A stretch of 64,000 nucleotides of DNA from an uncultured Gemmatimonadales bacterium (GCA_963716255.1 OY970303.1:1376001-1440000); one strand, 5' to 3'; shown: positions 28,130 through 37,513, counted from the first letter of the stretch. The notes: generated by a model not told the origin, from the letters alone. A program made the numbers and translations.

Positions 28130-28699
28130 CTAGCGCCGCGGGCCGGTGAGCGACAAGCGCAGGCCCAGGTCGGCGGTGACGAACGCCACCGGGTGGTCGC
28201 CGGCGGGGCCGGAGGCGCCGTAGCGGGTGTAGCCCACGCCCGGGGTGAGCGTCAGGCGGCTTCCCAGCGGCACCCCCATCCCCGCCCCCACCCCGAAGCC
28301 CAGCGCCGCGTCCGTGCTCTCCTCCCCGGCAGAGCTCTCGCCGTCCAGCGAGTGGAGCACCAGCCCGCCGCGCACCCACGCGCCGGCCGGGATCTCCAGG
28401 CGCACTCCGGCGTCCAACCCCCGCGAGGTGAAGACGGGGTCCACGCCGGAGCAGAACCCCTCGTCGTGGCAGCCGAAGCGGGCGAAGGTGTACCCCGCGT
28501 ACGCCGCCACTCCCGGGCGGAAGGCGAAGGAGAGCGCGGCGCTGCCCGCGGGCTGCGGGACGAACTGGAAGCCCGCCTGCGTGGCCCCGTACGAGCCCGC
28601 GCCGGCCCCGCCGCGCAGCTCCAGCGCGAGCTGCGCGGAGGCGGGGGCGGCGGCGAGCAGGGCGAAGGCGGCGAGCGAGGCGGCGAGGACGGGTCTCAT
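28130..28699 (-). CDS. Outer-membrane beta-barrel (OmpA-like 8-strand) protein
   Basis: Signal peptide AAAPASAQ; alternating beta-strand pattern; C-terminal DLGLRLSL. Confidence 0.75.
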   Translation of the reverse strand: MRPVLAASLAAFALLAAAPASAQLALELRGGAGAGSYGATQAGFQFVPQPAGSAALSFAFRPGVAAYAGYTFARFGCHDEGFCSGVDPVFTSRGLDAGVRLEIPAGAWVRGGLVLHSLDGESSAGEESTDAALGFGVGAGMGVPLGSRLTLTPGVGYTRYGASGPAGDHPVAFVTADLGLRLSLTGPRR

Positions 28700-28733
28700 G
28701 CGGCGGCCGGGGAGCGGGGTTCGCGGGGGGACG

Positions 28734-30635
28734 TCACTGCACCCGGAGGGTGCTGCGGGTGGTGCGCACGCCGTCGGAAAAGAGCACTTCCAGCTGCGGC
28801 GAAGCGGTGCGGAGCGCCGCGCCGCCGTCGCGCGCGAAGGAAAGCACCTCGCCGGTGGCCGGGTCGCGAACCAGCGCCATGGGGCGGCGGGCGGCGTCCC
28901 ACTCCAGGCGCACCTCGCCGCCGGCGCGGCGGCGCAGCGCTGCGGGGGGCGCGATCCGCCCCGCGGCGGAGGGCGCCGAGCGGCGCTCCGCGCTCACGCC
29001 GGGGCCCACCAGGCGGATCCGCTCCAGCCGGTCGGTGTGGGCCAGGCGCGAGGGGATGGCGAAGGCGAACTGGCGCATGCCCTCGTTCACCTCGGCGAGC
29101 GGGCTGCCGCGGAAGGGGACCGAGAACAGGACCGCGCCGGCGGCGTCCAGCCCCTCCACCCGGTACGGCCCCGGCTCGGCGGGGAGCCTGGGGCGGGTGG
29201 TGATCTCGAAGGCGGGCTCCAGCACAGCGCCCTCCGCGTCCATCCGCCCCCACACCAGCAGCGACGGCTCCGCGGCCGCGGCCCGCGCGTCGCCCGAGGT
29301 CTCGCCGTCGCCCGAGGTGCGGAACTGGAGCACGCCCCGGTAGGTGTAGTCGCTGATCCACTCCGGGTCGCAGTACGTCATCAGGTCCTTCTGGATCAGC
29401 GGGCTCTTGGCCTCGCCCCGGAGGACGTCGTAGCCGTGCGCGCCGATCCCTCCGCCCGCGTACGGGAAGTTCGGGTCCGGCCCGGCCGGGCCGCCGCAGG
29501 GCGCGTGCTCCCGCCCCATGTTGTGCCCCAGCTCGTGCGCCAGCGTCCCGGCGCCCGCGGGGAGCGCGTCGTATCCCAGCGCCGCCGGGTAGCCGATGAA
29601 GCCGATCCCCGCGATCCCCACCCCGCCCGGGTGGGTGAGGATGCCGTAGTAGTAGCGGTCGTTGGCGTCCGCCTCCCGCAGCGCGAACATCTCGTTGACC
29701 ATGCGCTGCCAGTTGGTGCTCGTGTTCGCCGTCAGGCTGGTGGAGTAGGGCGTGCGGATGTCCACGTCGTACTCGGCGACGGGGAACATCGCCAGCAGGT
29801 CGCGCACCCACGTCTCCTTGTTGGCGGCGCTGACGTTGCCGGTGGTCCCCGGCCCCGTCTGGCGGATGGGGACCAGCCGCAGCCAGAGCTTGGGCACCGT
29901 GCGGACGTCCAGCGCCAGCGCGCCCGTGGCCGGGTAGCGGAGCTGGCTCCCCTCCTTGAGCGGCACCACGCGGGCGGGGTCGGCCTCCACCACCACCGAA
30001 AGGCCGGGGCGGACCAGCCGCGCCGGGACCATGCCGTTCCACGACCCGGAGTAGTTCGCCTCGCGCACCTCCGAGGGGACGGAGTCCCCTTCCGCCGCCA
30101 GCTCCGTGGTCTGCTGGAGCACCCCGTCCTGGTACAGGAGGACCCGCACCTTCGGGGCGTAGAAGCTGGGCTGGTCCCCCTTTAAAAAGACCCGCAGGAA
30201 CGCGTCGCGCCCCGCCACCAGCGGCACCGACCGGTTCAGCGTCTGCACGCTCTGCGTCAGGTACAGCCCCTCCACCGCCAGGTTCAGGGTGCGCGGGTTC
30301 ACCCGCACCGTCACCCGCGCGCTGAGGCCGGCGATGGCGACCGTGCCGCCGGTGGAGCCGGGCTTCACCGCCACCAGCTCCCCGCCCTGCTCCTCCACCC
30401 GCCCCGGGATGTCGAAGCTCCACGCGGGCGCGGCCCACCCCGGAATGCGCTCGAACGCGTCCCCGTTCTGGTCCAGGACGGTGACGGTGAGCGGGACGGG
30501 GCTGCCCTCCGCCACGGTCACGGTGGTGCTGCTCAGCTGGATGCTGGTGGGCACCCGCTCCGCGTCGGGGAGCAGGTCGGAGCAGCCGGCGAGGACGGCC
30601 GCCGCGAGGACGGCGCAGAGCGGGGATCGCGACAT
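28734..30635 (-). CDS. Metzincin (M66-like) zinc metallopeptidase lipoprotein with Ig-like domain
   Basis: Lipobox LAGC; TLAHELGHNMGREHAPCG (HExxHxxGxxH); Met-turn DLMTYC. Confidence 0.85.
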   Translation of the reverse strand: MSRSPLCAVLAAAVLAGCSDLLPDAERVPTSIQLSSTTVTVAEGSPVPLTVTVLDQNGDAFERIPGWAAPAWSFDIPGRVEEQGGELVAVKPGSTGGTVAIAGLSARVTVRVNPRTLNLAVEGLYLTQSVQTLNRSVPLVAGRDAFLRVFLKGDQPSFYAPKVRVLLYQDGVLQQTTELAAEGDSVPSEVREANYSGSWNGMVPARLVRPGLSVVVEADPARVVPLKEGSQLRYPATGALALDVRTVPKLWLRLVPIRQTGPGTTGNVSAANKETWVRDLLAMFPVAEYDVDIRTPYSTSLTANTSTNWQRMVNEMFALREADANDRYYYGILTHPGGVGIAGIGFIGYPAALGYDALPAGAGTLAHELGHNMGREHAPCGGPAGPDPNFPYAGGGIGAHGYDVLRGEAKSPLIQKDLMTYCDPEWISDYTYRGVLQFRTSGDGETSGDARAAAAEPSLLVWGRMDAEGAVLEPAFEITTRPRLPAEPGPYRVEGLDAAGAVLFSVPFRGSPLAEVNEGMRQFAFAIPSRLAHTDRLERIRLVGPGVSAERRSAPSAAGRIAPPAALRRRAGGEVRLEWDAARRPMALVRDPATGEVLSFARDGGAALRTASPQLEVLFSDGVRTTRSTLRVQ

Positions 30636-31019
30636 CGGAGGAGCGGGTGCGGGGAGAGATGGGGGGGCGCGCAGCGTCCGCCGGAGGCGGGAAGGTGCGG
30701 ACTGCGGGCACGCCCGGCCGGCCTGGAAAGATGTTCACGAAATCATCCGCTTGCAAGCGGCACCTGCGCGCGACCCCGTCGCGCCGCGCGGCGCGCACGC
30801 TCCCTTTCCGCCAACACCCAGCGGGCGGCGCCTTGTCCCACGGCGTTCACAGTGTTAAGTTTAGGAGCTTTCGCGGCGGGGCGGGAGCAGATTTCACTTC
30901 CCCGTACTGGCACAGGACTGGCCCGCACTGGCACCCAGGCTGGACATCGATCCGGAGCCGCACGCCGCGGCTCCTTTTGTTTGCGCCGGATTCGACCTTT
31001 TATCCCTGACGGAATACAC

Positions 31020-32450
31020 ATGGAATTTTCTTCCTTCGGACTGCACCCCGACCTCCTCCGCGGCGTCACCGACCTCGGCTTCACCCGACCCACGCCCATC
31101 CAGGAGCAGGCGCTCCCGGCCGGGCTGGCCGGCAAGGACCTGCTCGCCGCCGCCCAGACGGGAAGCGGCAAGACCGCGGCGTTCCTGCTCCCCATCCTGC
31201 AGCGGCTCATCGAACAGCCGCGCGGCAGGACGCGGGCGCTGATCCTGACGCCCACGCGCGAGCTGGCCGCGCAGATCCACGAGCACTTCGAGGCGCTCGC
31301 CAAGTACACCCGCCTCCGCGGCGCCGCCGTGTTCGGCGGGGTGGGGATGAACCCGCAGGAGCAGGCCTTCCGCACCGGCGTGGACGTGATCATCGCCACC
31401 CCCGGGCGCCTCCTGGACCACTTCCAGAACGCCTACGCGCGGCTGGACTCGCTGGAAGTGCTGGTGCTGGACGAGGCCGACCGGATGCTGGACATGGGCT
31501 TCCTCCCCGACATCCGGCGCGTGCTCCGGCACATCCCCGCGAAGCGGCAGACGCTGTTCTTCTCGGCGACCATGCCCGCGCCCATCGTGGAGCTGTCGCG
31601 CGACATGCTGCGCTCGCCGGAGGCCATCAACATCGAGCGCAAGCAGGCCCCCGCCACCGGCGTGGCGCAGGCGCTCTACCCGGTGAACGAGGAGCTCAAG
31701 GCGCACCTGTTCCTGGAGCTGCTGAAGCGCGGCGAGATCGGCAACGTGATCGTCTTCACCCGCACCAAGCACCGCGCCAACCGCCTTTCCGACTTCCTGG
31801 AGAAGCACGGCGTCCACAACGCCCGCATCCACGGCAACCGCAGCCAGGCGCAGCGCACCGAGGCGCTGGCCGGCTTCAAGAACGGGCGCTTCCGGGTGCT
31901 GGTGGCCACCGACATCGTGGCGCGCGGGATCGACGTGGAGGCGCTGGAGCACGTGGTCAACTTCGACGTGCCGCACCTCCCGGAGGACTATATCCACCGC
32001 GTGGGCCGCACGGCCCGCAAGGACGCCACCGGCGACGCCTACACCTTCGTCTCGCCGGACGAGGAGCGCGACCTCAAGGCCATCGAGCGCGCGGTGGGCA
32101 AGCCCATCCCGCGCCGGGTGGTGGAGGGCTTCGACTACCGGAACAAGCCCGTGGAGCGCTTCGAGGTGCCCATCCAGGAGCGCATCGCCGAGATCCGCGC
32201 CCGCAAGGCCGAGGAGCGCGCCCGCGCCAAGGCCAAGGCCGATCGCAAGGCGCAGCGGGAGGCCGAGGAGGCCACCCGCGTCGCCCGCGGCGGACGCCCC
32301 TCCGGGAGCGACGGGCCCCGCCGGCCGCAGCCGCAGGGCCAGTCGCAGCAGTCCCAGTCCTCCTCCTCGTCGCAGGGCGAGGGCGGCGGACGGCGCCGGA
32401 GCCGCGGCGGCCGTGGCCGCGCGGGTGCCGGCAGCGGCGGTCCGCGCTGA
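31020..32450 (+). CDS. rhlE: DEAD-box RNA helicase (RhlE-like)
   Basis: Q motif PTPIQ, AQTGSGKT, PTRELA, TPGRLLD, DEAD, SAT, ARGID, HRVGRTAR; basic C-terminal tail. Confidence 0.95.
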   Translation: MEFSSFGLHPDLLRGVTDLGFTRPTPIQEQALPAGLAGKDLLAAAQTGSGKTAAFLLPILQRLIEQPRGRTRALILTPTRELAAQIHEHFEALAKYTRLRGAAVFGGVGMNPQEQAFRTGVDVIIATPGRLLDHFQNAYARLDSLEVLVLDEADRMLDMGFLPDIRRVLRHIPAKRQTLFFSATMPAPIVELSRDMLRSPEAINIERKQAPATGVAQALYPVNEELKAHLFLELLKRGEIGNVIVFTRTKHRANRLSDFLEKHGVHNARIHGNRSQAQRTEALAGFKNGRFRVLVATDIVARGIDVEALEHVVNFDVPHLPEDYIHRVGRTARKDATGDAYTFVSPDEERDLKAIERAVGKPIPRRVVEGFDYRNKPVERFEVPIQERIAEIRARKAEERARAKAKADRKAQREAEEATRVARGGRPSGSDGPRRPQPQGQSQQSQSSSSSQGEGGGRRRSRGGRGRAGAGSGGPR

Positions 32451-32472
32451 CCCGGCGGTACGCGCCTGAAGT

Positions 32473-32511
32473 GAACGGGGGGAGGGGCCGATGCGGCTCC
32501 TCCCCCCGTTT
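32473..32511. terminator. Bidirectional hairpin terminator between the helicase and the RiPP cluster
   Basis: aacggggggaggggcc-gatgc-ggctcctccccccgtt. Confidence 0.7.
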
Positions 32512-32535
32512 CATTCCGCGGCGCGTCCGCTCGGC

Positions 32536-33282
32536 TCACCCCGGCCGGGCAGGGAGCGCCAGCCCCGCGGCCACCAGCGCCTCCATGTCCTCCCCCGCGG
32601 GCGCATCCTCTCCGGCTCCCTCCAGCGCGCGCAGCATGCGGCCCAGCCGCGGCGGGACGGTGGACGCCGTCCGCTCCGGGCCCCGCGCGTCCAGCAGCAG
32701 GTAGAACTCCCCCTCCTCCAGCGCGTAGGGCGGCGCCTCGCGGGCGGCGAGGAGGCGAAGCAGCGCGGCGGGCTCGTGGCGGAAGGCGACCACGCGGACG
32801 CGGGGGTGCGCCCGCGCCGGCCCGTCGCCCGGCGCGGACCCGGCGCCGGGAGGCGGGAGGATCCCCAGCGTGAAGCCGGCGAGCTCGTACTCCAGCACCG
32901 GACCGAGCAGCGGGTCCTCCAGCTCGCCGGAGGCGAGCCGCCCCCGCAGCAGCTCCGCGAAGCCGTGGAGCTCGTGCTCGGCCAGGTCCCCCGGCCGGTC
33001 GTGCGCCGCCCAGAAGCGGTCCAGCTCGCCGCGCAGCCGCGGGCCCAGCAGGAAGCAGGTGAGCGGGAGGAAGATGAGGAGGGGGGCGAGGCGGTTGGCG
33101 CGGTACAGGGAGCAGCTGGTCGCCATCCCCCGCTGCTGGACGACGGCGGCGAGCCTGCGCTCCTCCAGCGGCGTCAGCGCGTAGAGGCCGAAAACCGCGG
33201 ACGGGTCCGCGCGCGCGGCGCGGCACAGCTCCGGCGTGGCGACCAGGTCGGCCAGCGCCCGCTGGAACTCCTTCAGCGACAC
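32536..33282 (-). CDS. Putative MNIO partner protein
   Basis: SLKEFQRALADLVATP.., LYRANRL..LPLT..LLG, VLEYELA; 7 nt downstream of the DUF692 gene. Confidence 0.7.
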   Translation of the reverse strand: MSLKEFQRALADLVATPELCRAARADPSAVFGLYALTPLEERRLAAVVQQRGMATSCSLYRANRLAPLLIFLPLTCFLLGPRLRGELDRFWAAHDRPGDLAEHELHGFAELLRGRLASGELEDPLLGPVLEYELAGFTLGILPPPGAGSAPGDGPARAHPRVRVVAFRHEPAALLRLLAAREAPPYALEEGEFYLLLDARGPERTASTVPPRLGRMLRALEGAGEDAPAGEDMEALVAAGLALPARPG

Positions 33283-33289
33283 GCGCCGC

Positions 33290-34213
33290 TCAGCGCGCGC
33301 GGTCCCAGGCGGCGCGGGCGCGGCGCACCTGCTCGCACACTCCCTCCACCCCCAGCCGCGGAAAGTACGTTTCCTCGAACTCGAAGGTGATCCCGCACAG
33401 GTTGGGCGCGCCGGCCACCACGCGGTCCAGCAGCTCCCAGACCGGCTCCGGGCAGGGGCCGGCGTGCGAGTCGGTGTACATCCCCAGCATCTCGCTCCCC
33501 CCGGCGATGTGCACCTCCACCACCCGGTCCAGCTCCAGCGCGTCCACGAACGCCGCCGGGTCGAAGCCGTGGTTCACGGAGTTGACGTACACGTTGTGCA
33601 CGTCCAGGAGCAGCCCGCAGCCGGTCCGCTCCGCCAGGCGGTTCAGGAACTCCGGCTCGGTCATCTCCTGCTCCGGGAGGTCCACGTAATACACGTTGTT
33701 TTCCAGCAGGAAGGGGGTGGGGACCGTGCGCATCACCCGCTCCACCCGCTCCGCCACCATCTCCAGGACCTCCCGGTCGTAGGGGATGGGGCAGGCCATC
33801 CCCGTGGCCACCGAGTGCGCGTCCTCCCCCGCCACCCGCGCGAACGACAGGTGGTCGCTGTGCCAGGGGAAGCCGAAGCGCCGGTTCCAGCGCGCGAGCT
33901 GCTCCAGGTGCTCCGTGTCGAACCACTCCGCGCTCCCGATGGACATCCCCACGCTGTGGGAAACGAGCGGGCGCCGCTCCGCCACGTGCTCCAGCACCCT
34001 CATCCACGCCCCGATCTCCTCGAAGCGCGCGGGGTGGCCCGGGCCGCGGTCGGTCCAGAAGCGGTCGGGGATCACGGCGACGTAGTCCAGCAGCTCCAGG
34101 TCGGAGCGCAGGAAGCCGGCGAGCGAGGGGTTGTAGAGCACGCCCACCCCCAGCCGGGGGATCTCCGCCAGAGTCGCCGGGGAAGCAGGCGCCGTCGAGG
34201 AAAGCGTGGACAT
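33290..34213 (-). CDS. DUF692 family multinuclear non-heme iron-dependent oxidative enzyme (MNIO)
   Basis: HSVGMSIGS, WHSDHLSF, LLENN, LLLDVHNVYVNSVNHG, EVHIAGG, DSH, ITFE: DUF692 metal-ligand motifs. Confidence 0.93.
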   Translation of the reverse strand: MSTLSSTAPASPATLAEIPRLGVGVLYNPSLAGFLRSDLELLDYVAVIPDRFWTDRGPGHPARFEEIGAWMRVLEHVAERRPLVSHSVGMSIGSAEWFDTEHLEQLARWNRRFGFPWHSDHLSFARVAGEDAHSVATGMACPIPYDREVLEMVAERVERVMRTVPTPFLLENNVYYVDLPEQEMTEPEFLNRLAERTGCGLLLDVHNVYVNSVNHGFDPAAFVDALELDRVVEVHIAGGSEMLGMYTDSHAGPCPEPVWELLDRVVAGAPNLCGITFEFEETYFPRLGVEGVCEQVRRARAAWDRAR

Positions 34214-34247
34214 GGCCGCGGCTCCGCGAGGGGGACGTGAAGGACGA

Positions 34248-34277
34248 GTGCCCGGGACGCCGCTGCGCCCCGGGCAC
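34248..34277 (-). other. Stem-loop between precursor and MNIO genes
   Basis: gtgcccggg-12nt-cccgggcac perfect 9-bp stem. Confidence 0.6.
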
Positions 34278-34296
34278 CGGTGTGGAAAGCGGGGAG

Positions 34297-34461
34297 CTAC
34301 AGCTCCACGTTCACCACGTCCGCCATGAGCACGGGCGGGATCTCGACGACCCCCGAGCGGCACGTGGGGCAGTTGGCCGGATCGATGGGGCTGATGCTCT
34401 TGTCCATCGGCTTCAAGCCGGTCAGCAGCTCGGACTGAACCTTCTGGTCGGTCGTGGGCAT
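34297..34461 (-). CDS. Putative RiPP precursor peptide (54 aa, internal CPTCRSG)
   Basis: MPTTDQKVQSELLTGLKPMDKSISPIDPANCPTCRSGVVEIPPVLMADVVNVEL; RBS GAGAAAGGAAGG; GC3-rich codons; first gene of the DUF692 unit. Confidence 0.8.
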   Translation of the reverse strand: MPTTDQKVQSELLTGLKPMDKSISPIDPANCPTCRSGVVEIPPVLMADVVNVEL

Positions 34462-34670
34462 CGTCGCCTTCCTTTCTCGGGGGTTGACCCTGGCGCACAA
34501 GCGCGCCAACCACTCTAACACACCCGCTTACAATAAGCCAGGGATTCCGCGATCCGGCGCAGCGCCACGGGAACGCGCCCCCTCGACACGCCCCACCTCG
34601 TGGAGCTAGAATGACGCGGATTTCTCCCGACGCTCCCGCGACGCTCCGCCCCCTCCTCCCCGCCGCTCCC

Positions 34671-35396
34671 ATGCAGCAGACCGCTCCCGGCCACGGCGCG
34701 ACCGCCGCCCCGGCCGCGCACCGCCAGTACCGGTACTACGACCTGATCACCGCCGTGTTCGTGACGGTGCTCCTGTGCTCCAACCTGATCGGCCCGTCCA
34801 AGGTGGCCACGCTCTGGGGCTTCACCTTCGGGGCGGGGATCCTCTTCTTTCCCATCTCGTACCTGTTCGGCGACATCCTCACCGAGGTGTACGGCTACGC
34901 CCGCGCCCGGCGGGTGGTGTGGACCGGCTTCGGGGCGCTGGCCTTCGCGTCGCTGGTGACGGTGGTGGTGCTGGAGCTCCCCCCCGGCGGCGGGTGGACG
35001 GGGCAGGCCGCGCACGAAGCGGTCTTCCGGCAGACGCCGCGCATCGTGCTGGCGTCGCTGGCGGCGTTCTGGGCAGGGGAGTTCGCCAACTCGTTCGCGC
35101 TCGCCAAGCTCAAGCTGCTCACCGAGGGGCGGCACCTGTGGATGCGCACCATCGGCTCCACCATCGTGGGGGCCGGGGTGGACTCGGCCATCTTCTACCC
35201 GGTGGCGTTCCTGGGCCAGTGGGAGACGCGCACGGTGTTCGTGGTGCTGGTCACCAACTACGTGCTCAAGGTGCTCTGGGAGGTCATCGCCACGCCGTTC
35301 ACGTACCGGATCGTGAATGCGCTCAAGCGGGCGGAGCGGGAAGACTACTTCGACCGCGACACGGACTTCACGCCGTTCTCCATCGCCACCGAGTAG
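34671..35396 (+). CDS. yhhQ: Queuosine precursor transporter (YhhQ/VUT family)
   Basis: CSNLIGPSK, FPISYLFGDILTEVYGY, RIVLASLAAFWAGEFAN, RTIGST..DS; alternative start 34611. Confidence 0.92.
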   Translation: MQQTAPGHGATAAPAAHRQYRYYDLITAVFVTVLLCSNLIGPSKVATLWGFTFGAGILFFPISYLFGDILTEVYGYARARRVVWTGFGALAFASLVTVVVLELPPGGGWTGQAAHEAVFRQTPRIVLASLAAFWAGEFANSFALAKLKLLTEGRHLWMRTIGSTIVGAGVDSAIFYPVAFLGQWETRTVFVVLVTNYVLKVLWEVIATPFTYRIVNALKRAEREDYFDRDTDFTPFSIATE

Positions 35397-35422
35397 AGCG
35401 TTTCGACTGACGCTGTGCGTGT

Positions 35423-35648
35423 GGGGCCGCTCCGGAGCCCGGCGGTACGACTGCCGGTCTCCTGCGCGGGTCGCGGAGCCACCGGAAACTGCCCCGGCGT
35501 CTCCGCTCCGGCTCCGTGAGCCTCGCGCAAACAGCCGCGCGAGTCTCCCTCCGCAACGGATTTGGGGGATACGGCGGAACTGCGAACGACAGGAAGCCCT
35601 CCCCCAGAATTGGGGGAGGGTGGCGGCTCTCAGGCCGCCGGGTGGGGG
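35423..35648 (-). repeat. Family B copy 2 (35423-35590) abutting module C (35597-35648)
   Basis: Reverse complement aligns to 5678-5850 with compensatory stem changes. Confidence 0.88.
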
Positions 35649-35733
35649 CCCTTGGACGGTGCCGGGAACATCCGGCACCGTTCTCGCATTTCAGGCTTCG
35701 AAGGCGGCGTGATGCCGTCTCCCCACGGTCCAG

Positions 35734-36447
35734 GTGGCCGACAGATCCAGGAGGATCGGCGTGCAGCGGAAGCGACGGACCGAACCGGCGAACAGGATCT
35801 TTTTCGCGCTCCTCGCGGGGGCGCTGTCGGCCTCGGCGGTGGGTGCGTGCTCCCGCGGCGACGCGGACCGGCGCCCGCCCCCGCCCCCGGCGGACACCGT
35901 GTCCGAGATCCCCGCGCAGGCCACCGGGCCCACCAGCCGCCCGGAAACCCTCCAGGACACGCTGTCGCTGGAGGGCACGGCGCAGCCGGTGACGCTGCGC
36001 CTGTACCGCACCCCGCCGGGGTTCCCGCTCCCTTTCAGCACCTATGTCCCTGCCGACCTGGTGCCGGAGTCCGGGACGTCGGGCGACGACCGGACGGTGC
36101 GCTTCGTCGCCGCCTTCGGCGGGCGGCGCACCGATTCGGCGTACGTGGCCGTGACCATCCACTCCGAGACCGTGACCGAGGAGGACGCGCGGCGGATGCT
36201 GGGCGCGGCCACGGGTGGGAGCAGCCCCTCCGCGCCCGACCAGCAGCGCTACCCGTGGGCGCTGGCGGAGTACTCCGCCAGCACGGGGTCGACGGTCGCG
36301 CGGGGGCTCCTGGGGCGGCACGAGGGGCAGTTCTTCCACGTGCTCATCCGCTACCCCGCGGAGTTCGGCGACGGCTTCGGGCCGCGCGCCGCGACGGTGC
36401 TGGAGCACTGGGAGTGGGAAGGCGCCGGCGGCGGCCTGGGGAGCTGA
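35734..36447 (+). CDS. Hypothetical lipoprotein
   Basis: Lipobox AVGAC; DTLSLEG..LPFSTYVP..YPAEFGDGFGPR; start uncertain. Confidence 0.7.
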   Translation: MADRSRRIGVQRKRRTEPANRIFFALLAGALSASAVGACSRGDADRRPPPPPADTVSEIPAQATGPTSRPETLQDTLSLEGTAQPVTLRLYRTPPGFPLPFSTYVPADLVPESGTSGDDRTVRFVAAFGGRRTDSAYVAVTIHSETVTEEDARRMLGAATGGSSPSAPDQQRYPWALAEYSASTGSTVARGLLGRHEGQFFHVLIRYPAEFGDGFGPRAATVLEHWEWEGAGGGLGS

Positions 36448-36552
36448 GCCGCCCGTCGCAGCGAAACGCGGAGCGGCCGCCTGTCGAACGACGGGCGGCC
36501 GCTTTACTATGCTCGCTGCGATTCGCTCCGGACCCGCGACCCGATCTCTCCG

Positions 36553-36921
36553 ATGACCTTTCGAGCCCTGCGCGAGTACCTGCTGTCCAAGCCCGGCGCC
36601 ACCGAGGACTTTCCCTTCGGGGAGGAGACGCTGGTGCTGCGGGTGATGGGAAAGATCTTCGCGCTCACCAACGTGGAGAAGCTGCCGCTGGCGGTGAACC
36701 TGAAGTGCGACCCGGACCTCGCCGTGGAGCTGCGCGACCGCTGGCCCGCGGTGCAGCCCGGCTACCACATGAACAAGGCGCACTGGAACACGGTGGAGCT
36801 GGACGGCAGCATCCCCGTGGACAAGGTGCGGGAGATGATCGACCACTCCTACGAGCGGGTGGTGGCGGGGCTGAAGAAGAGCGAGCGCCAGCGGCTGGAG
36901 GAGCTCACCCGGGCGGGGTGA
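36553..36921 (+). CDS. MmcQ/YjbR family DNA-binding protein
   Basis: FPFG..VMGKIFA..NLKCDP..PGYHMNKAHWNTV..IDHSY. Confidence 0.93.
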   Translation: MTFRALREYLLSKPGATEDFPFGEETLVLRVMGKIFALTNVEKLPLAVNLKCDPDLAVELRDRWPAVQPGYHMNKAHWNTVELDGSIPVDKVREMIDHSYERVVAGLKKSERQRLEELTRAG

Positions 36922-37513
36922 AGGCGCCCCACACCGCGGCGCTCGCGAGCCACGCTGCCGCGCCCCCTCCCAGCGTCACGCGCAGGTTGTCGTCCAGCGG
37001 GAGCGGCGCCATCTCCAGCGCCGCCCCCGCGAGGGCGCCGGCGAGCGCGCCGGCGAGCGGGAGCCGCGGGTCCACCCACCCCACCGCCAGCCCCACGGCC
37101 AGGTTGGTCGCCAGCGCCGCGGCGAATCCCTCCCAGCTCTTCCCCCACGCCGTGCGGTGCCTGCCCCAGCGCTTTCCCACCAGCGCCGCGGCGGCGTCGC
37201 CCAGGCCGTTGTAGAGCATGGCGGCCACGGCGATGGGCTTGGGGAAGAGGAGGAGCGCCAGCGCGTACGCCACGGCCATGTAGGTGGCCCCCGCCAGCCC
37301 GCGCCTCTCGTGCGGGCGGAGCATGGTGCGGGTGAGGCGCAGGAAGTGGTAGCGCGGCCAGCGCATGCGCAGGCGCGCCACGTCGGTCGCCAGCGCCACG
37401 GCCGCCACCGGGACGAGCACCGCCACCGCCAGGGGGCGCGGCGCCAGCCACACCAGGAGGGGGAGGACGGTGGAGGCGACGTGGAACGCCTTGCGCGACA
37501 GCTCTCTCTTCAT
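36905..37513 (-). CDS. Dolichol/phytol kinase-like (CTP-transferase family) membrane protein
   Basis: ELSRKAFH, GLGDAAAALVGKRWG, GKSWEG, LDDNL. Confidence 0.88.
   Translation of the reverse strand: MKRELSRKAFHVASTVLPLLVWLAPRPLAVAVLVPVAAVALATDVARLRMRWPRYHFLRLTRTMLRPHERRGLAGATYMAVAYALALLLFPKPIAVAAMLYNGLGDAAAALVGKRWGRHRTAWGKSWEGFAAALATNLAVGLAVGWVDPRLPLAGALAGALAGAALEMAPLPLDDNLRVTLGGGAAAWLASAAVWGAFTPPG

Noticed and set aside
34500..34670. preQ1 riboswitch upstream of the yhhQ-like gene
   Set aside because: No recognisable preQ1 stem-loop with an A-rich tail; region looks like a divergent promoter. An Infernal/Rfam search would be decisive
34671..35396. yhhQ-like transporter or the helicase as part of the RiPP cluster
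   Set aside because: They are divergent and convergent respectively, with well-known unrelated functions
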